From assembly GCA_965213675.1 (NCBI GenBank), contig OZ243916.1, positions 3,744,001-3,808,000 of the forward strand: DNA of 64,000 nt, read 5' to 3'. Below are positions 31,846 through 43,917 of this stretch, piece after piece; positions within the stretch are counted from its first letter, which is position 1; the number at the start of each line of letters is the position of its first letter. Origin of the DNA: an uncultured Candidatus Binatia bacterium. Its GTDB lineage: Bacteria > Desulfobacterota > Binatia > UBA9968 > JAJDTQ01. A program made the position numbers and the translations under genes. Under the pieces are notes generated by a model. It was not told the DNA's origin, did no database searches, and saw only the letters and a list, made by a program, of their open reading frames with translations.

Positions 31846-33032
31846 AGGTTCCCACCGGCGTGCCCGGCTTCCGGTTCGCCGGAGTGGCATGCGGCATCAA
31901 GCAGAGCGGGCGCAACGACTTGGCGCTCATCGTCTCCGAGGGTCCGGCCGCCGCGGCCGCGGCGTTCACCCGGAACCGCATCAAGAGTCCGAGTATCACC
32001 GTGGGCGCGCAACACATGCGCTCGGGGCAGCTTCAGGCGGTGGTGGTCAACAGCGGCAACGCCAATGCCTGCACCGGTCCGGGCGGGCTCCAGGACGCCG
32101 CTGCCATGTGCGCCGAGGCCGGGCGGCGGCTGGGCATCGACGCAGGCCGGGTGCTGCCATCGTCCACAGGCATCATCGGCGTGCGCCTGCCCATGGAAAG
32201 GATCGCCCGGGGCATCGCCGCCGCCGCCGCGGCGCTCTCGCCCAATACCCTTCAGGACGCCGCCCATGCGATCATGACCACGGACAACGGCCCCAAGATC
32301 GCGGCGGCCACCTGCCGAGTGGGCGGCCGCACCGTCCACCTCGCCGGTATCGCCAAGGGCGCCGGCATGATCGCCCCCAACATGGCCACCATGCTGTGCT
32401 ACGTGCTCACCGACGCCGCCATCGCCCCGGCCGCGCTGCGCCCCATGGTGCGCCGGGCCACGGACGCCACGTTCCACGCCATCACCGTGGACGGCGACAC
32501 CAGCACCAACGATACGGTGCTGTGCCTGGCCAATGGCGTTGCCGGAAACCCTCGCATCACCCGCGGCGGCGAGGGCGAGGACGTGTTGGAGCGGGAGATG
32601 ACGCGGGTGATGAAGGAACTGGCGCTCAAGATCGTGGCCGACGGCGAAGGCACCACGAAGCTGGTGGAGATCCGGGTGGACGGCGCCCGGACCGCGGGCG
32701 AGGCTCGCAAGGTGGCCTTCACCGTGGCCAACTCCAAGCTCGTCAAGACCGCCTTCTTCGGCCAGGACCCCAACATCGGCCGGTTCATGATGGCCATCGG
32801 CAACGCCGGCGTGCCCGTGGTGGAGGAAACCATCGACGTGGCCCTGGGCAACGTCAAGGTGGTACGCCGCGGCCTCGCCGTCGGCACCCGCGAGTCCGCC
32901 GCCGCCAAGGTCATGCAGCGCCCGTCCTTCACCGTGCGCATCAATCTCGGCATGGGCGACGCCCGCACGTCCGTGTGGACCTCCGACCTGGGCCACGAGT
33001 ACGTGCGCATCAATTCGGATTACCGCACCTGA
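31842..33032 (+). CDS. argJ: Ornithine acetyltransferase ArgJ
   Basis: [43 protein letters not shown]; GTG overlaps the secA stop. Confidence 0.96.
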
Positions 33033-33074
33033 CACGGACTACCGCGCTCGACATTCAGTGAAGCCGGGGATCGA

Positions 33075-34517
33075 TCAGTCCTGAAGCTTGCTCCGGAGAA
33101 TCTCGTTGACCATCTGCGGATTGGCCTTGCCGCGGGTGGCTTTCATCACCTGACCCACCAGGAACCCGAAGACCTTCTCCTTGCCGGCCCGGTACTCTTC
33201 CACCTGGGCTGCGCATGCCGTCACCACTTCGTCCACCGCAGCGTCCAGCGCGCCGGTGTCGGATACCTGCTCCAGGCCCTTCTCCTTGACCACGGCATCG
33301 GGACCCTTGCCGTTCTCCAGCATCTCGGTGAAGACGGTCTTGGCGAGCTTGCCGCTGATGGTTCCCTCGTCCACCAGTTGCACCATACGCGCCAGGTCCG
33401 TGGCCGCAATCGGCCAGTGCTCGATGCGTAGCGCGGCGTCCAGCTTGCGTTCCTTGAGCACCCGGAACAGGTCGCCCATGAGCCAGTTGGCGATGGCCTT
33501 GGGATTGGCGTGAGCCCGGACCGCGGCCTCGAAATAGTCGGCCACGTCGCGCCGCTGGGTGAGGATGCCGGCGTCGTAGGCGGGCAACGCGTACTCTTCC
33601 ACAAAGCGGTTCCGGCGCTCTTGCGCCAGTTCGGGCAGGGTGGCGCGGATCTCCGAGACCCACTCCTCGCCGATCTCCAGCGGCAGCAGGTCCGGGTCGG
33701 GAAAGTAGCGGTAGTCGTGGGCATGCTCCTTGGAGCGCATGGACCGGGTGACCTCGGCGTCGGGATCCCAAAGGCGCGTCTCCTGCGCTACCGTTTGTCC
33801 CTCCGACAGTGCTTGTCCCTGGCGCCGGATCTCGTACTCCAGCGCCTTTTCCACCGCCTTGAAGGAGTTCAGGTTCTTGATCTCCACCTTGACGCCCAGC
33901 TCGTCGTCCCCCTCGGGCCGGAGCGACACGTTGGCGTCGCAACGGAAGCTGCCTTCCTCCATGTTGCCGTCGCACACCTCGAGGTATTCCAGGATAGACC
34001 GCAGGGTCCGGAGGTAGTCGCCGGCCTCGTCCGGGCTGCGCATGTCGGGCTCGCTCACGATCTCCATGAGCGGCACGCCCGCCCGGTTCAGGTCCACGAG
34101 GCTGTGGTCGCCGCGGGCGTCGTGGATGTTCTTGCCGGCGTCCTCTTCCATGTGGATGCGCGTCAGCCGCACCCGCTTCGCGGCGCCGTCCACGCTCACG
34201 TCCACGTGCCCGCCGGTGCACAGCGGCAGTTCGTACTGGCTGATCTGATAGCCCTTGGGCAGGTCCGGGTAGAAGTAGTTCTTGCGCGCCCAGCGACTGT
34301 GCCCGGCGATGGCGCAGTGGGTAGCCAGTCCAGTGCGTATGGTATGCTCGACTACCTTGCGGTTCAGCACCGGCAGCACCCCCGGAAACCCCATGCAAAC
34401 CGGGCAGGTGTTGCGGTTCGGAGCCTCTCCGAAACGCGTGGAACAACCGCAGAAGATCTTGGATTCGGTGAGGAGTTGCGCGTGCACCTCCAGCCCGATG
34501 ACCGTTTCGTAACTCAT
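33075..34517 (-). CDS. gatB: Asp/Glu-tRNA amidotransferase subunit B
   Basis: [41 protein letters not shown]. Confidence 0.98.
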   Translation of the reverse strand: MSYETVIGLEVHAQLLTESKIFCGCSTRFGEAPNRNTCPVCMGFPGVLPVLNRKVVEHTIRTGLATHCAIAGHSRWARKNYFYPDLPKGYQISQYELPLCTGGHVDVSVDGAAKRVRLTRIHMEEDAGKNIHDARGDHSLVDLNRAGVPLMEIVSEPDMRSPDEAGDYLRTLRSILEYLEVCDGNMEEGSFRCDANVSLRPEGDDELGVKVEIKNLNSFKAVEKALEYEIRRQGQALSEGQTVAQETRLWDPDAEVTRSMRSKEHAHDYRYFPDPDLLPLEIGEEWVSEIRATLPELAQERRNRFVEEYALPAYDAGILTQRRDVADYFEAAVRAHANPKAIANWLMGDLFRVLKERKLDAALRIEHWPIAATDLARMVQLVDEGTISGKLAKTVFTEMLENGKGPDAVVKEKGLEQVSDTGALDAAVDEVVTACAAQVEEYRAGKEKVFGFLVGQVMKATRGKANPQMVNEILRSKLQD

Positions 34518-34728
34518 GGTCTCGCTGGGGTAACAGATAGGTCGGAGTGCCGCAATCGAGCCGCGCCGGCGCCGGCGACGTGAATAGTCCTGTGCGCCCT
34601 TCCGACTTTCTTTTTCCCTGGCGGTGTCGCAAATCTTCGGACAGACACCGTGCGAATCGCCCGTGGTTGGCGGGCCATGGCGCCAAGAATCTCGGTGTCA
34701 GGACTTTTCGGGCAGGGAGCTTACGAGT

Positions 34729-34844
34729 CGTCATCCCCGCAAAAGCTTGCCCTCGACCCCGATCGGGGGCGGGAATCCAGGGGTGGGAGGGCGGCGTGGT
34801 CCCCGCCTCACCCCACTCGGATTTCCCCTTCCGTGGGAATGACG
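34729..34844. repeat. REP-like palindromic repeat (CGTCATCCCCGC...GGGAATCCA / GGGAATGACG)
   Basis: Matches the GTCATTCCCGCG-n-GCGGGAATCCA class also seen at 38338-38484. Confidence 0.7.
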
Positions 34845-34961
34845 ACGACAAGAACCAAAGGTCGAAGGCCGGGATCATTCTTGACGGCATTTGCAGTTTG
34901 CTGTTACGGGTCTCACAGTCATTTCTGCCGCCTAGGGGCTTCGCCCCGGCAAGGAGGAAAC

Positions 34962-36116
34962 ATGGCCAATCTCGCGGGCAAGTACGCCATCGCCGGCGTG
35001 GGAGAAACGCAGGTGGGCAAGCGGCCGGACGGCACCACGCACTCGCTGCACCTGGAGGCCATCCGCGCGTGCCTGGACGACGCCGGCATCCGCGGCGACG
35101 CGGTGGACGGGTTTCTCACCAACCAGCCACTGAACGACGCGCATCGGAGCTACGCCGTGCGGTTGGCGCACATGGCCGGCATCACCCCGGTGTACGCCAC
35201 CGACCTGGCCCTGGGCGGCGCCACACCCATCGCCATGGTGCAGCACGCCGTCATGGCCATCGACGCGGGCATGTGCAGCACGGTGCTGTGCGTGCACGCG
35301 CGCAAACGTTCCACCGGCGACGCCACCCCCGGATACCCCATCCGCCGAGGCGACGAGCACTGGGAGCGGCCCTGGGGCCACTTCGCCGCCGCCGCCGGCC
35401 ACGCCCTGGCGGCCCAGCGCCACATGTACGAATTCGGTACCCGCAGCGAAGACCTGGCGGAGGTCGCGATATCCACCCGCCGGCACGCATCGCTCAATGC
35501 CAACGCCACCATGCGCAAGCCCATCACCCTGGAGGACCACCAGCAGTCGCGCATGATCGTCGAACCGCTCCATCTGCTGGACTGCTCGCTGGAGTCAGAC
35601 GGCGGTGGCGCCGTGCTGGTGACGAGCCTGGAGCGCGCCAGGGACTTCCCCAAGCCTCCGGTGGTGATCCTCGGAATGGGGCAGCACCACCCCCACTTCA
35701 GCCTGCTGGACGCCCCCACCCTCACCACCCTGGGCGGGCGCAAGTCCTCGCGCATGGCCTACGACATGGCCGGCCTGGAGCCCAAAGACATGGACTTCGC
35801 CGAGCTCTATGACTGCTTCACCATCACCGCCATGATCACTCTGGAAGACTACGGCTTCTGCGAAAAGGGCGAGGGCAAGGACTTCGTCAAGAACGGCCGC
35901 ATCGGCATCGGCGGCGAAATCCCCCTCAACACCCACGGCGGCCTCCTCTCCCAGGCCCACCTCGAAGGCATGCTGCACCTCACCGAAGGCGCCCGCCAAC
36001 TCCGCCGCAACGAAGTCGAGCCCGAACGCCAAGTCCCCGACGCCAAGGTCGGCATCATCAGCGGCCACGGCGGCAGCCTGGCCATGCATGCGACGCTGAT
36101 CCTGGGAGCGGGGTGA
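34962..36116 (+). CDS. Thiolase family protein (SCP-x/lipid-transfer-protein type)
   Basis: AIAGVGET, DC...DGGGA, ELYDCFT, NTHGGLLS; AAGGAGG SD. Confidence 0.9.
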   Translation: MANLAGKYAIAGVGETQVGKRPDGTTHSLHLEAIRACLDDAGIRGDAVDGFLTNQPLNDAHRSYAVRLAHMAGITPVYATDLALGGATPIAMVQHAVMAIDAGMCSTVLCVHARKRSTGDATPGYPIRRGDEHWERPWGHFAAAAGHALAAQRHMYEFGTRSEDLAEVAISTRRHASLNANATMRKPITLEDHQQSRMIVEPLHLLDCSLESDGGGAVLVTSLERARDFPKPPVVILGMGQHHPHFSLLDAPTLTTLGGRKSSRMAYDMAGLEPKDMDFAELYDCFTITAMITLEDYGFCEKGEGKDFVKNGRIGIGGEIPLNTHGGLLSQAHLEGMLHLTEGARQLRRNEVEPERQVPDAKVGIISGHGGSLAMHATLILGAG

Positions 36117-36122
36117 CGCAGG

Positions 36123-36488
36123 ATGGCTGGGATGAGCCGGTTGTCAGCGTTGTGGGACTCGGTCTTGAACCTCATCCTCCCCGCGGGCGAACAACTGGCA
36201 ATTCTGGAAGCGGCTGGGGACAAGGCGGCTGTTGATGAGTTGGCGTTGGACTACGACGACGGCTTTCGCATGGTCAGCGACGGCGGGTTGCGGGGCCAAC
36301 TGACACACGGCGAGATCGCGGCGCTGATTGCCCTGGATCGGCAACTGGATCGCATGAGTGGCACAGGGAATGCCGACAACTGGACGGCAGAGGCGCTTCA
36401 CTCGTCCGAGTGTTGGAAGGAGGTCCGGAGGTTGGCGGCTGTTGCCCTCGCCAGCCGCCAGATCGCGAAAAAACGTTCTGCGGCTTGA
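36123..36488 (+). CDS. Hypothetical protein, helical, possibly immunity-like
   Basis: DELALDYD...LD-x-MSG...WT-x-x-AL...W-x-x-VR-x-LA pattern; follows the thiolase closely. Confidence 0.55.
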   Translation: MAGMSRLSALWDSVLNLILPAGEQLAILEAAGDKAAVDELALDYDDGFRMVSDGGLRGQLTHGEIAALIALDRQLDRMSGTGNADNWTAEALHSSECWKEVRRLAAVALASRQIAKKRSAA

Positions 36489-36508
36489 GGATAAGGGTGT
36501 GCGCGTAT

Positions 36509-37989
<1,481 letters not shown>

Positions 37990-37993
<4 letters not shown>

Positions 37994-38277
37994 TCAATGA
38001 TCTTCGGGACGCTGAGGAAGTCGTCGTCCCGGGCGGGGGCGTTGCGCAGCAAGTCCTCGGTCCGCGGCTGGTTGACGGCCCGGTCCGGGCGCAGGACGTT
38101 GACCACGTCCACCGCGTGGGACATGGGCTCGACGCTTTCGGTGTCGAGCTCGTTGAGCTTGTCCATGTAGTCGAGGATGCGGTCGAGCTGGCCGGTGAGT
38201 TGTTCCTGCTCGTCCGGAGTGAGGTCCAGGCGGGCGAGGGTGGCCACGTGCCGGACCTCTTCGCTGGTGATTTTCAC
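37990..38277 (-). CDS. gatC: Asp/Glu-tRNA amidotransferase subunit C
   Basis: EV-x-HVA-x-LARL...L-x-ELDT...NAP...VPKIIE. Confidence 0.95.
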
Positions 38278-38337
38278 GCCGATTTCTTATCATACGCCTC
38301 GAATGCCCGGCAAACGAACCTCCCCCGCACCCAGGAC

Positions 38338-38484
38338 TCTTCAAAAGTCCGGTTTGCCCCTTTCCGTCATTCCCGCACCCCCGCCCCTGGATTCCCGCTT
38401 TCGCGGGAATGACGAAAAGGGGGCGCGGCAATGACAAAAGGGGCAAACCGGGAATGACGGAAAGGGAGCACCGGACTTTGAAGA
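38338..38484. repeat. Large palindromic REP cluster between divergent gatC and rnhB
   Basis: ~36-bp outer inverted repeat enclosing TGGATTCCCGCTTTCGCGGGAATGACG and repeated AATGAC units. Confidence 0.8.
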
Positions 38485-39260
38485 GCCCTGCCCCCGCACC
38501 GCCCCGTCCCGGCCGCCTGCTGGCTCCGGAACGTCGTGGACCCGACGGCATCGTCTACGAAACGGATGCCCTCTCCCGGGGGTTCCGGTGCATCGCTGGA
38601 GTGGACGAGGCCGGGCGGGGGCCCCTGGCGGGGCCGGTGGTGGCGGCGGCGGTGGTGTTCGAGCCGGGCGCGTTCAACCCCGACATCAGGGATTCGAAGC
38701 TCCTGAGCGCCCGGAAGCGCGAGCGCCTGGCCGAGTGGATCAAGGAGCGGGCCGCGTCCTGGGCCGTGGGGGTGGCCGGTCCGGGCGAGATCGACCGCCT
38801 CAACATCCTGCGGGCGAGCCTCGTGGCCATGGCCCGGGCGGTCCGGGGCCTGATGGTCACGCCGGACTACCTCATGATCGACGGCCCTTACGGCATTCCC
38901 GCCGCCAGTCTGCTGGAGGACGGCGGCCCGTGGACCGCGGCGCCGGCGCAACGGACCCTCAAGGGCGGCGACCGGCTGTGCTTCTCCATCGCGGCGGCAT
39001 CCATCATCGCCAAGGTGGCCCGGGACCGCATGATGGTGGAGCTGGACACCCAATACCCGGAGTACGGCTTCGCCAGCCACAAGGGTTACCGCAGCCGCCG
39101 CCACTCGGACGCCTTGAACCGCTACGGCCCCTGTCCGGCCCATCGCCGCAGCTTCAAGCCGGTGCGGGAATCCCTGGAGCAGCGCGCGCCGCGCACCGTC
39201 CAGGCGGTGCCGGACGGCTTGTCGGCGCCGCTCTTTGGTGCCAGAAATAGGGATGGGTGA
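38454..39260 (+). CDS. rnhB: Ribonuclease HII
   Basis: GVDEAGRGPLAGPV, DSK, SIAAASIIAKVARD, HRRSF; start uncertain. Confidence 0.95.
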   Translation: MTEREHRTLKSPAPAPPRPGRLLAPERRGPDGIVYETDALSRGFRCIAGVDEAGRGPLAGPVVAAAVVFEPGAFNPDIRDSKLLSARKRERLAEWIKERAASWAVGVAGPGEIDRLNILRASLVAMARAVRGLMVTPDYLMIDGPYGIPAASLLEDGGPWTAAPAQRTLKGGDRLCFSIAAASIIAKVARDRMMVELDTQYPEYGFASHKGYRSRRHSDALNRYGPCPAHRRSFKPVRESLEQRAPRTVQAVPDGLSAPLFGARNRDG

Positions 39261-39624
39261 TGGCCGGAAGTCCCTGGGCAAGGCCGGAGAAGATCTCGCC
39301 GAGCGCTACCTCAAGCGGCAGGGTTACGCCGTGGTCGAACGCAACTACCGTTGCCCCCTGGGCGAAATCGACCTGATCGCCATCAACAGGCAGGCCGTGG
39401 TGTTCGTGGAGGTGAAGACCCGCAGGGTGGACACGTCCGGCGCGCCGCTGGAATCGGTCAACGCCGTCAAGCAGCGCCGGTTGAAGCGCGTCGCCCTTCA
39501 CTATCTCAACAAGCACCGGCTGCATGACCGGGACGTCCAGTTCGATGTCGTCGGAATTTCGCTCGGCTCGAATCCGCCGTCGGTTCGCCATGTGCGCCAT
39601 GCGTTTGATTTTTCGGAGCCGTAG
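39253..39624 (+). CDS. yraN: YraN family (UPF0102) putative endonuclease
   Basis: G-x-x-GE-x-LA, RNYR...GEIDLIA, VFVEVKTR, FDVV. Confidence 0.92.
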   Translation: MGDGRKSLGKAGEDLAERYLKRQGYAVVERNYRCPLGEIDLIAINRQAVVFVEVKTRRVDTSGAPLESVNAVKQRRLKRVALHYLNKHRLHDRDVQFDVVGISLGSNPPSVRHVRHAFDFSEP

Positions 39625-39626
39625 GC

Positions 39627-39703
39627 TTCCGTCACCCCGGGCTTGACCCGGGGTCCGGACGAGGGACTGACCCGTCCCGCTCCATCCAGGTCGGAGATGA
39701 CGG
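39627..39703. repeat. REP-like palindrome (CGTCACCCCGGGCTTGACCCGGGGTCC)
   Basis: Same class as 41067-41094. Confidence 0.7.
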
Positions 39704-39734
39704 GAACGGAAGTTCGCACGGGAAGGGATGAGGG

Positions 39735-41015
39735 ATGATTGACGTCAGGATCCTGCGCGAGGACCCGGAAGGGTTGCGGAAGCGCATGGCCGCGAGGGGG
39801 ACGGACATCGACTGGGAGGCGGTCCTGAGAGCCGACCAGGAACGCCGGGAGACCCTCGCCCGCTGGGAGCGGCTCAAGGAGCGGAAGAACAAGCTCTCGG
39901 GCGAGATCGGCCGGCTCAAGAAAGCGGGCGGCGACGCCGCGGAGCTGATGGAGGAGATCGGCACGGTCAGCGCGGAGCTGGATGCGCTGGATCAACCGTT
40001 GGGGGAGACCGAGCGCCGGTTCAGCGAGTCCATGTTCGACATCCCGAACCTTCCGGATGCGGGCGTGCCCGTGGGCGAGTCCGAGGCCGACAACCCCGTA
40101 CTGCGGCACTGGGGCGAGGCGCCCGCCTTCAGCTTCACGCCGAAGAACCACTGGGAGATCGGAGAGGCGCTGGGGATCCTCGACTTCGCCCGGGGCGCCA
40201 AGCTCACGGGCGCGCGCTTCACTCTCTACCGGGGACAGGGCGCGCTACTGGAGCGGGCGCTGATCGCCTTCATGCTGGACCTTCAGACCCGCGAGCACGG
40301 GTACGAGGAGATCCTGCCGCCGTTCCTGGTGAACCGGGACACCATGACCGGCACCGGCCAGCTCCCCAAGTTCGAAGCGGACATGTTCCGCACCGCGGAC
40401 CCGGACTACTTTCTGATCCCCACCGCCGAGGTGCCGCTCACCAACATCCACCGGGAAGAGGTCCTCGACGCGTCCGACCTGCCCCGGTACTACTGCGCCT
40501 ACACCCCCTGCTTCCGCCGGGAGGCGGGCTCCTACGGCAAGGACATGCGCGGCCTGATCCGGCAGCACCAGTTCAACAAGGTGGAGCTGGTGAAGATCGT
40601 CGGGCCCGAAAGCTCTTTCGAGGAACTGGAGAAGTTGACCCGCGACGCCGAGGCCGTGCTCCAGCGCCTGGGACTGCACTACCGGGTGGTGGAGCTGTGC
40701 ACCGCGGACCTTGGCTTCTCCGCGGCCAAGACCTACGACATCGAGGTCTGGCTGCCGGGGCAGGGCACCTACCGGGAGATCAGCTCCTGCTCCAACTGCA
40801 CCGACTTCCAGGCCCGCCGCGCGGCCATCCGCTACCGCCCGGCCCCCAAGCAGCGCCCCCAGTTCGTCCACACCCTCAACGGTTCCGGCCTGGCCGTGGG
40901 CCGCACCCTGGTGGCCATCATGGAGAACTGCCAGCAGGAAGACGGCAGTATCGCCGTCCCGGAGGCGCTGCGTCCGTACATGGGGGGGTTGGAGCGCATT
41001 CCCCAGTTGAAATGA
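39735..41015 (+). CDS. serS: Serine--tRNA ligase
   Basis: [40 protein letters not shown]. Confidence 0.98.
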   Translation: MIDVRILREDPEGLRKRMAARGTDIDWEAVLRADQERRETLARWERLKERKNKLSGEIGRLKKAGGDAAELMEEIGTVSAELDALDQPLGETERRFSESMFDIPNLPDAGVPVGESEADNPVLRHWGEAPAFSFTPKNHWEIGEALGILDFARGAKLTGARFTLYRGQGALLERALIAFMLDLQTREHGYEEILPPFLVNRDTMTGTGQLPKFEADMFRTADPDYFLIPTAEVPLTNIHREEVLDASDLPRYYCAYTPCFRREAGSYGKDMRGLIRQHQFNKVELVKIVGPESSFEELEKLTRDAEAVLQRLGLHYRVVELCTADLGFSAAKTYDIEVWLPGQGTYREISSCSNCTDFQARRAAIRYRPAPKQRPQFVHTLNGSGLAVGRTLVAIMENCQQEDGSIAVPEALRPYMGGLERIPQLK

Positions 41016-41066
41016 CGGCGGCCCCTCCGCACTTCGTGATCCCTGACTGTCTCGGGTTCCCCCACC

Positions 41067-41094
41067 CGTCATGCCGGGCTTGACCCGGCATCCA
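41067..41094. repeat. REP-like palindrome (CGTCATGCCGGGCTTGACCCGGCATCCA)
   Basis: GCTTGACC-loop hairpin immediately after serS. Confidence 0.7.
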
Positions 41095-41151
41095 GGCCCT
41101 GGACCACCAGGGTCGTTCAGGAGTCGCCACGGTTTCTTCAGGACTCCCAGA

Positions 41152-41730
41152 TCACACTGACCGGCATGGCGAACAACTTGGGCCCCACCTGCTGGATTCG
41201 GTCGCCGTCGTGAAGGACGATGCCACAGGCAAACCGCCGGCCCGCGCCTCCTTCAGGCGGGCCAATCCCTTGAAGTCACGCGGGTGGACGGTGGCGCCTG
41301 CCTTCGCGATTTCGGAATAGACAAGGCATTTCAGCAGCGGTCCCAGTTGCTGCCGGTCTCGGGCGATAGTGGCGGCATCGACCCGCCGAAGCGCGGCCAG
41401 CAGGCCCGGGTCCAGAAACTGAAGTTTAGGCCGTTTGACCAAACGCTTCAGCTCGTTGCGGCGCCCGCTGTCGCGAGTTTCGAAAAATCTCCGGCGAACG
41501 CCCGCTCCAGGAAACCGGGCGCTTCGCTCCGGGCGATCTCGGCTTGAGAAAAGGGCAGCAACTCAATGGTCTCGACGCGGCCTGCCAGCGAATCGGGAGA
41601 AATCGCGGCTCTGAAGAGGTCCACCGATCCGGTGATCAGATAGCGTCCCGGCCGAGGGTCGCGTGGCGAGGCCTTCATCGTCAACCCGGGTGACGAACAG
41701 GCGGGCGTGATGGCGGCGACCCGCCAGCCG
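41152..41730 (-). pseudogene. AAA+ ATPase / DUF4143 protein relic with internal deletions
   Basis: Blocks RPGRYLITGS...DSLAGRVE..L-x-PFS, KRLVKRPKLQFLDPGL and DFKGL...GIVLHDGD in shifting frames; Walker A and the middle region are missing. Confidence 0.8.
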
Positions 41731-41754
41731 TCCCCGTGACCGACGACCGCCGGG

Positions 41755-42375
41755 CTAAGTCCGCCGCAAACCGGGATTCGCGAGGGTGGTGTCCTGGCCC
41801 GGCGGCGCTTCGTCGAGGGCCTCTTCGAGGGTCGGCCTCGGCGCCCACTCCTCGGGCGGCCTCGCCTCGCCGTCCCAGTCCACCTGATCGAGCCCCCAGA
41901 AGATCTCCAGGCTGTGGCCGTCCGGGTCGCAAAACTCCACCGACACCTGACAACCCGCCCGCCTGCGCCCTTGGAAATCGATGGGCACGTTGTGTTTCTC
42001 GAGATGGTCCCGGGCGCGGAAGACGTCGTCGAGGGTGGGGACCTCGAACGCCAGGTGATGCAGTTCCCGGCCCCCCGAAACCTCGCCGCCATTGCCGACC
42101 AGGCCGAGACCGTGATGGTCCTGGTTGAAACGCATGAAGACCATCCGGCCCGGGACCATGCTCTCGGGATAGACGTCGGAGACCTTGAAGCCGAGCACCT
42201 GGGTGTAGAAACGGACCGACGCGTCGATGTCCCGGACCACCAGCACCGCGTGCCCCATGTTGCCGATGCGGAAGGGCATGGCGGCCGGCGGCTGGAGGTT
42301 TTTCATCGCCTGGACCTCGGGACCGCGCAGCCCCTCCAGGTCCACCTTGCCCCGTTGGGTCATGTTCTTTGCCAT
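41755..42375 (-). CDS. VOC / glyoxalase (extradiol dioxygenase-like) protein
   Basis: GHAVL-x-V, FYTQVLGF-x-VSD, HHLAFEV, DPDGH-x-LE. Confidence 0.88.
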   Translation of the reverse strand: MAKNMTQRGKVDLEGLRGPEVQAMKNLQPPAAMPFRIGNMGHAVLVVRDIDASVRFYTQVLGFKVSDVYPESMVPGRMVFMRFNQDHHGLGLVGNGGEVSGGRELHHLAFEVPTLDDVFRARDHLEKHNVPIDFQGRRRAGCQVSVEFCDPDGHSLEIFWGLDQVDWDGEARPPEEWAPRPTLEEALDEAPPGQDTTLANPGLRRT

Positions 42376-42514
42376 GTGGGATTTTCCTCCATCCGGGTGC
42401 GATTGTAACGTGATGTGGCTATACTATCGGCGGTTCAACTGATATTGTTGGGTGCCCTTCGCGGCGGCCGCCTGAGCCGTCGCGATCCGTCGCGATCAAA
42501 CATTGGAGGTTATC

Positions 42515-43828
42515 ATGGGTTTCTTGCCTCGTACCAGGTTCACTGCCCTGGTTGTCGCCGCCGTCGTGCTGCTCGGCGCTGGCGCCGCCGCGGCCCAGAC
42601 CGTCAAGGTGGCGGTTCCGACGTTCCTTACAGGCGGCGGCGCGCCCACCTACGGCGTCCCGGCCAAGAACGGCGTGGAGCTGGTGGTCCGCGCCATCAAC
42701 GAAGGCACCCTGCCGGCGCCCTACAGCAGTGTGGGGATGGCGGGCCGCAAGGTGGATCTGGTGGTGTACGACGAAAGCGGCGGCGGCACCAAGCAGGTCA
42801 CGGAACTGCGCAACAAGGTGCAGAAGGAGGGCGTGGACGTCGTGGCCGGCTACATCTCCTCCGGGAGCTGCGCCGCCATCGCCCGGGTGGCCGAGGAGCT
42901 CAAGGTCCTGACCCTTCTGTCGATTTGCGGCACGCCGCGCATCTTCGAGGAGCTGGTGAAGGAGCCGAAGTATCTCTTCCGCATCATCAACCACAGCACC
43001 GGCGGCAACGTGGGCGCCGCCCACTACGTCGTCAGGAAGCTCCGGGGCGAACTCAAGGACGGCTACATGGGCATCAACCAGAACTACGCCTGGGGCCAGG
43101 ATGCCTGGCGCGATTTCAACCTGGCCATGCAGACCCTGTCGCCGGAGTTCAAGCCCGCCAAGAAGCAGCAGTTCCCCAAGCTGTTCTCCGGCCAATACGG
43201 CACCGAGATCTCGGTGCTGCTCAGGGCCAAGGAGAAGCTGGTGCACTCGAGCTTCTGGGGAGGCGACCTCGAGGCCTTCATCGCCCAGGGTTCGGCCAGG
43301 GGACTGTTCAAGCGCAAGAAGTTCGTCCTCCCGGTGGGCGAGATCACGGCCCACCGCCTCGGCAAGAAGTTCCCGAAGGGTCAGCTCGCGCGCGGTCCCT
43401 ACGGATTGTACGCGGAGGGTATCGACACCCCGCTCAACAAGTGGTTCCGGAGCGAATTCCGCAAGGAATACAAGCAGTCGCCCTCGTCGCCGGCCTATCA
43501 CTACGCCGACAGCATCCTGGCCGCCAAGTACGCCTACGACACGGCCATGAAAGCCAACGGCGGCAAGTTCCCGTCCACGGACCAGGTGATCCAGGCGCTG
43601 GAGCACGCCACCTTCGACATCCTCGCCGCCAAGGTCAAGATGTCCCTCGGCAAGGGGCATCAGGCGGTCACGTCGGACCGCTGGGGCTATGCCGAGTGGG
43701 ACGATGCCAAGGGCGAGATCGTGGTCCGGGATGTGGTGGAGTTCAAGGCCGAGTGCGTGAACCCGCCTGAAGGGGTCCACGCGGCGGACTGGGTCAAGGG
43801 AGGCATGAAGGGCGCCAAGTGCGGCTGA
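42515..43828 (+). CDS. Branched-chain amino acid-type ABC transporter substrate-binding protein
   Basis: Signal peptide; GYISSG, NYAWGQD; first gene of a liv-type operon. Confidence 0.9.
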   Translation: MGFLPRTRFTALVVAAVVLLGAGAAAAQTVKVAVPTFLTGGGAPTYGVPAKNGVELVVRAINEGTLPAPYSSVGMAGRKVDLVVYDESGGGTKQVTELRNKVQKEGVDVVAGYISSGSCAAIARVAEELKVLTLLSICGTPRIFEELVKEPKYLFRIINHSTGGNVGAAHYVVRKLRGELKDGYMGINQNYAWGQDAWRDFNLAMQTLSPEFKPAKKQQFPKLFSGQYGTEISVLLRAKEKLVHSSFWGGDLEAFIAQGSARGLFKRKKFVLPVGEITAHRLGKKFPKGQLARGPYGLYAEGIDTPLNKWFRSEFRKEYKQSPSSPAYHYADSILAAKYAYDTAMKANGGKFPSTDQVIQALEHATFDILAAKVKMSLGKGHQAVTSDRWGYAEWDDAKGEIVVRDVVEFKAECVNPPEGVHAADWVKGGMKGAKCG

Positions 43829-43917
43829 GCGGCGCTTCGGTCTAGTGTCTTCGTGACCCGGGCGCCGCACAGCGGCGCCCGGGTCCGTTTCTTTCATTCC
43901 CGCGCACGGGGGAACCG

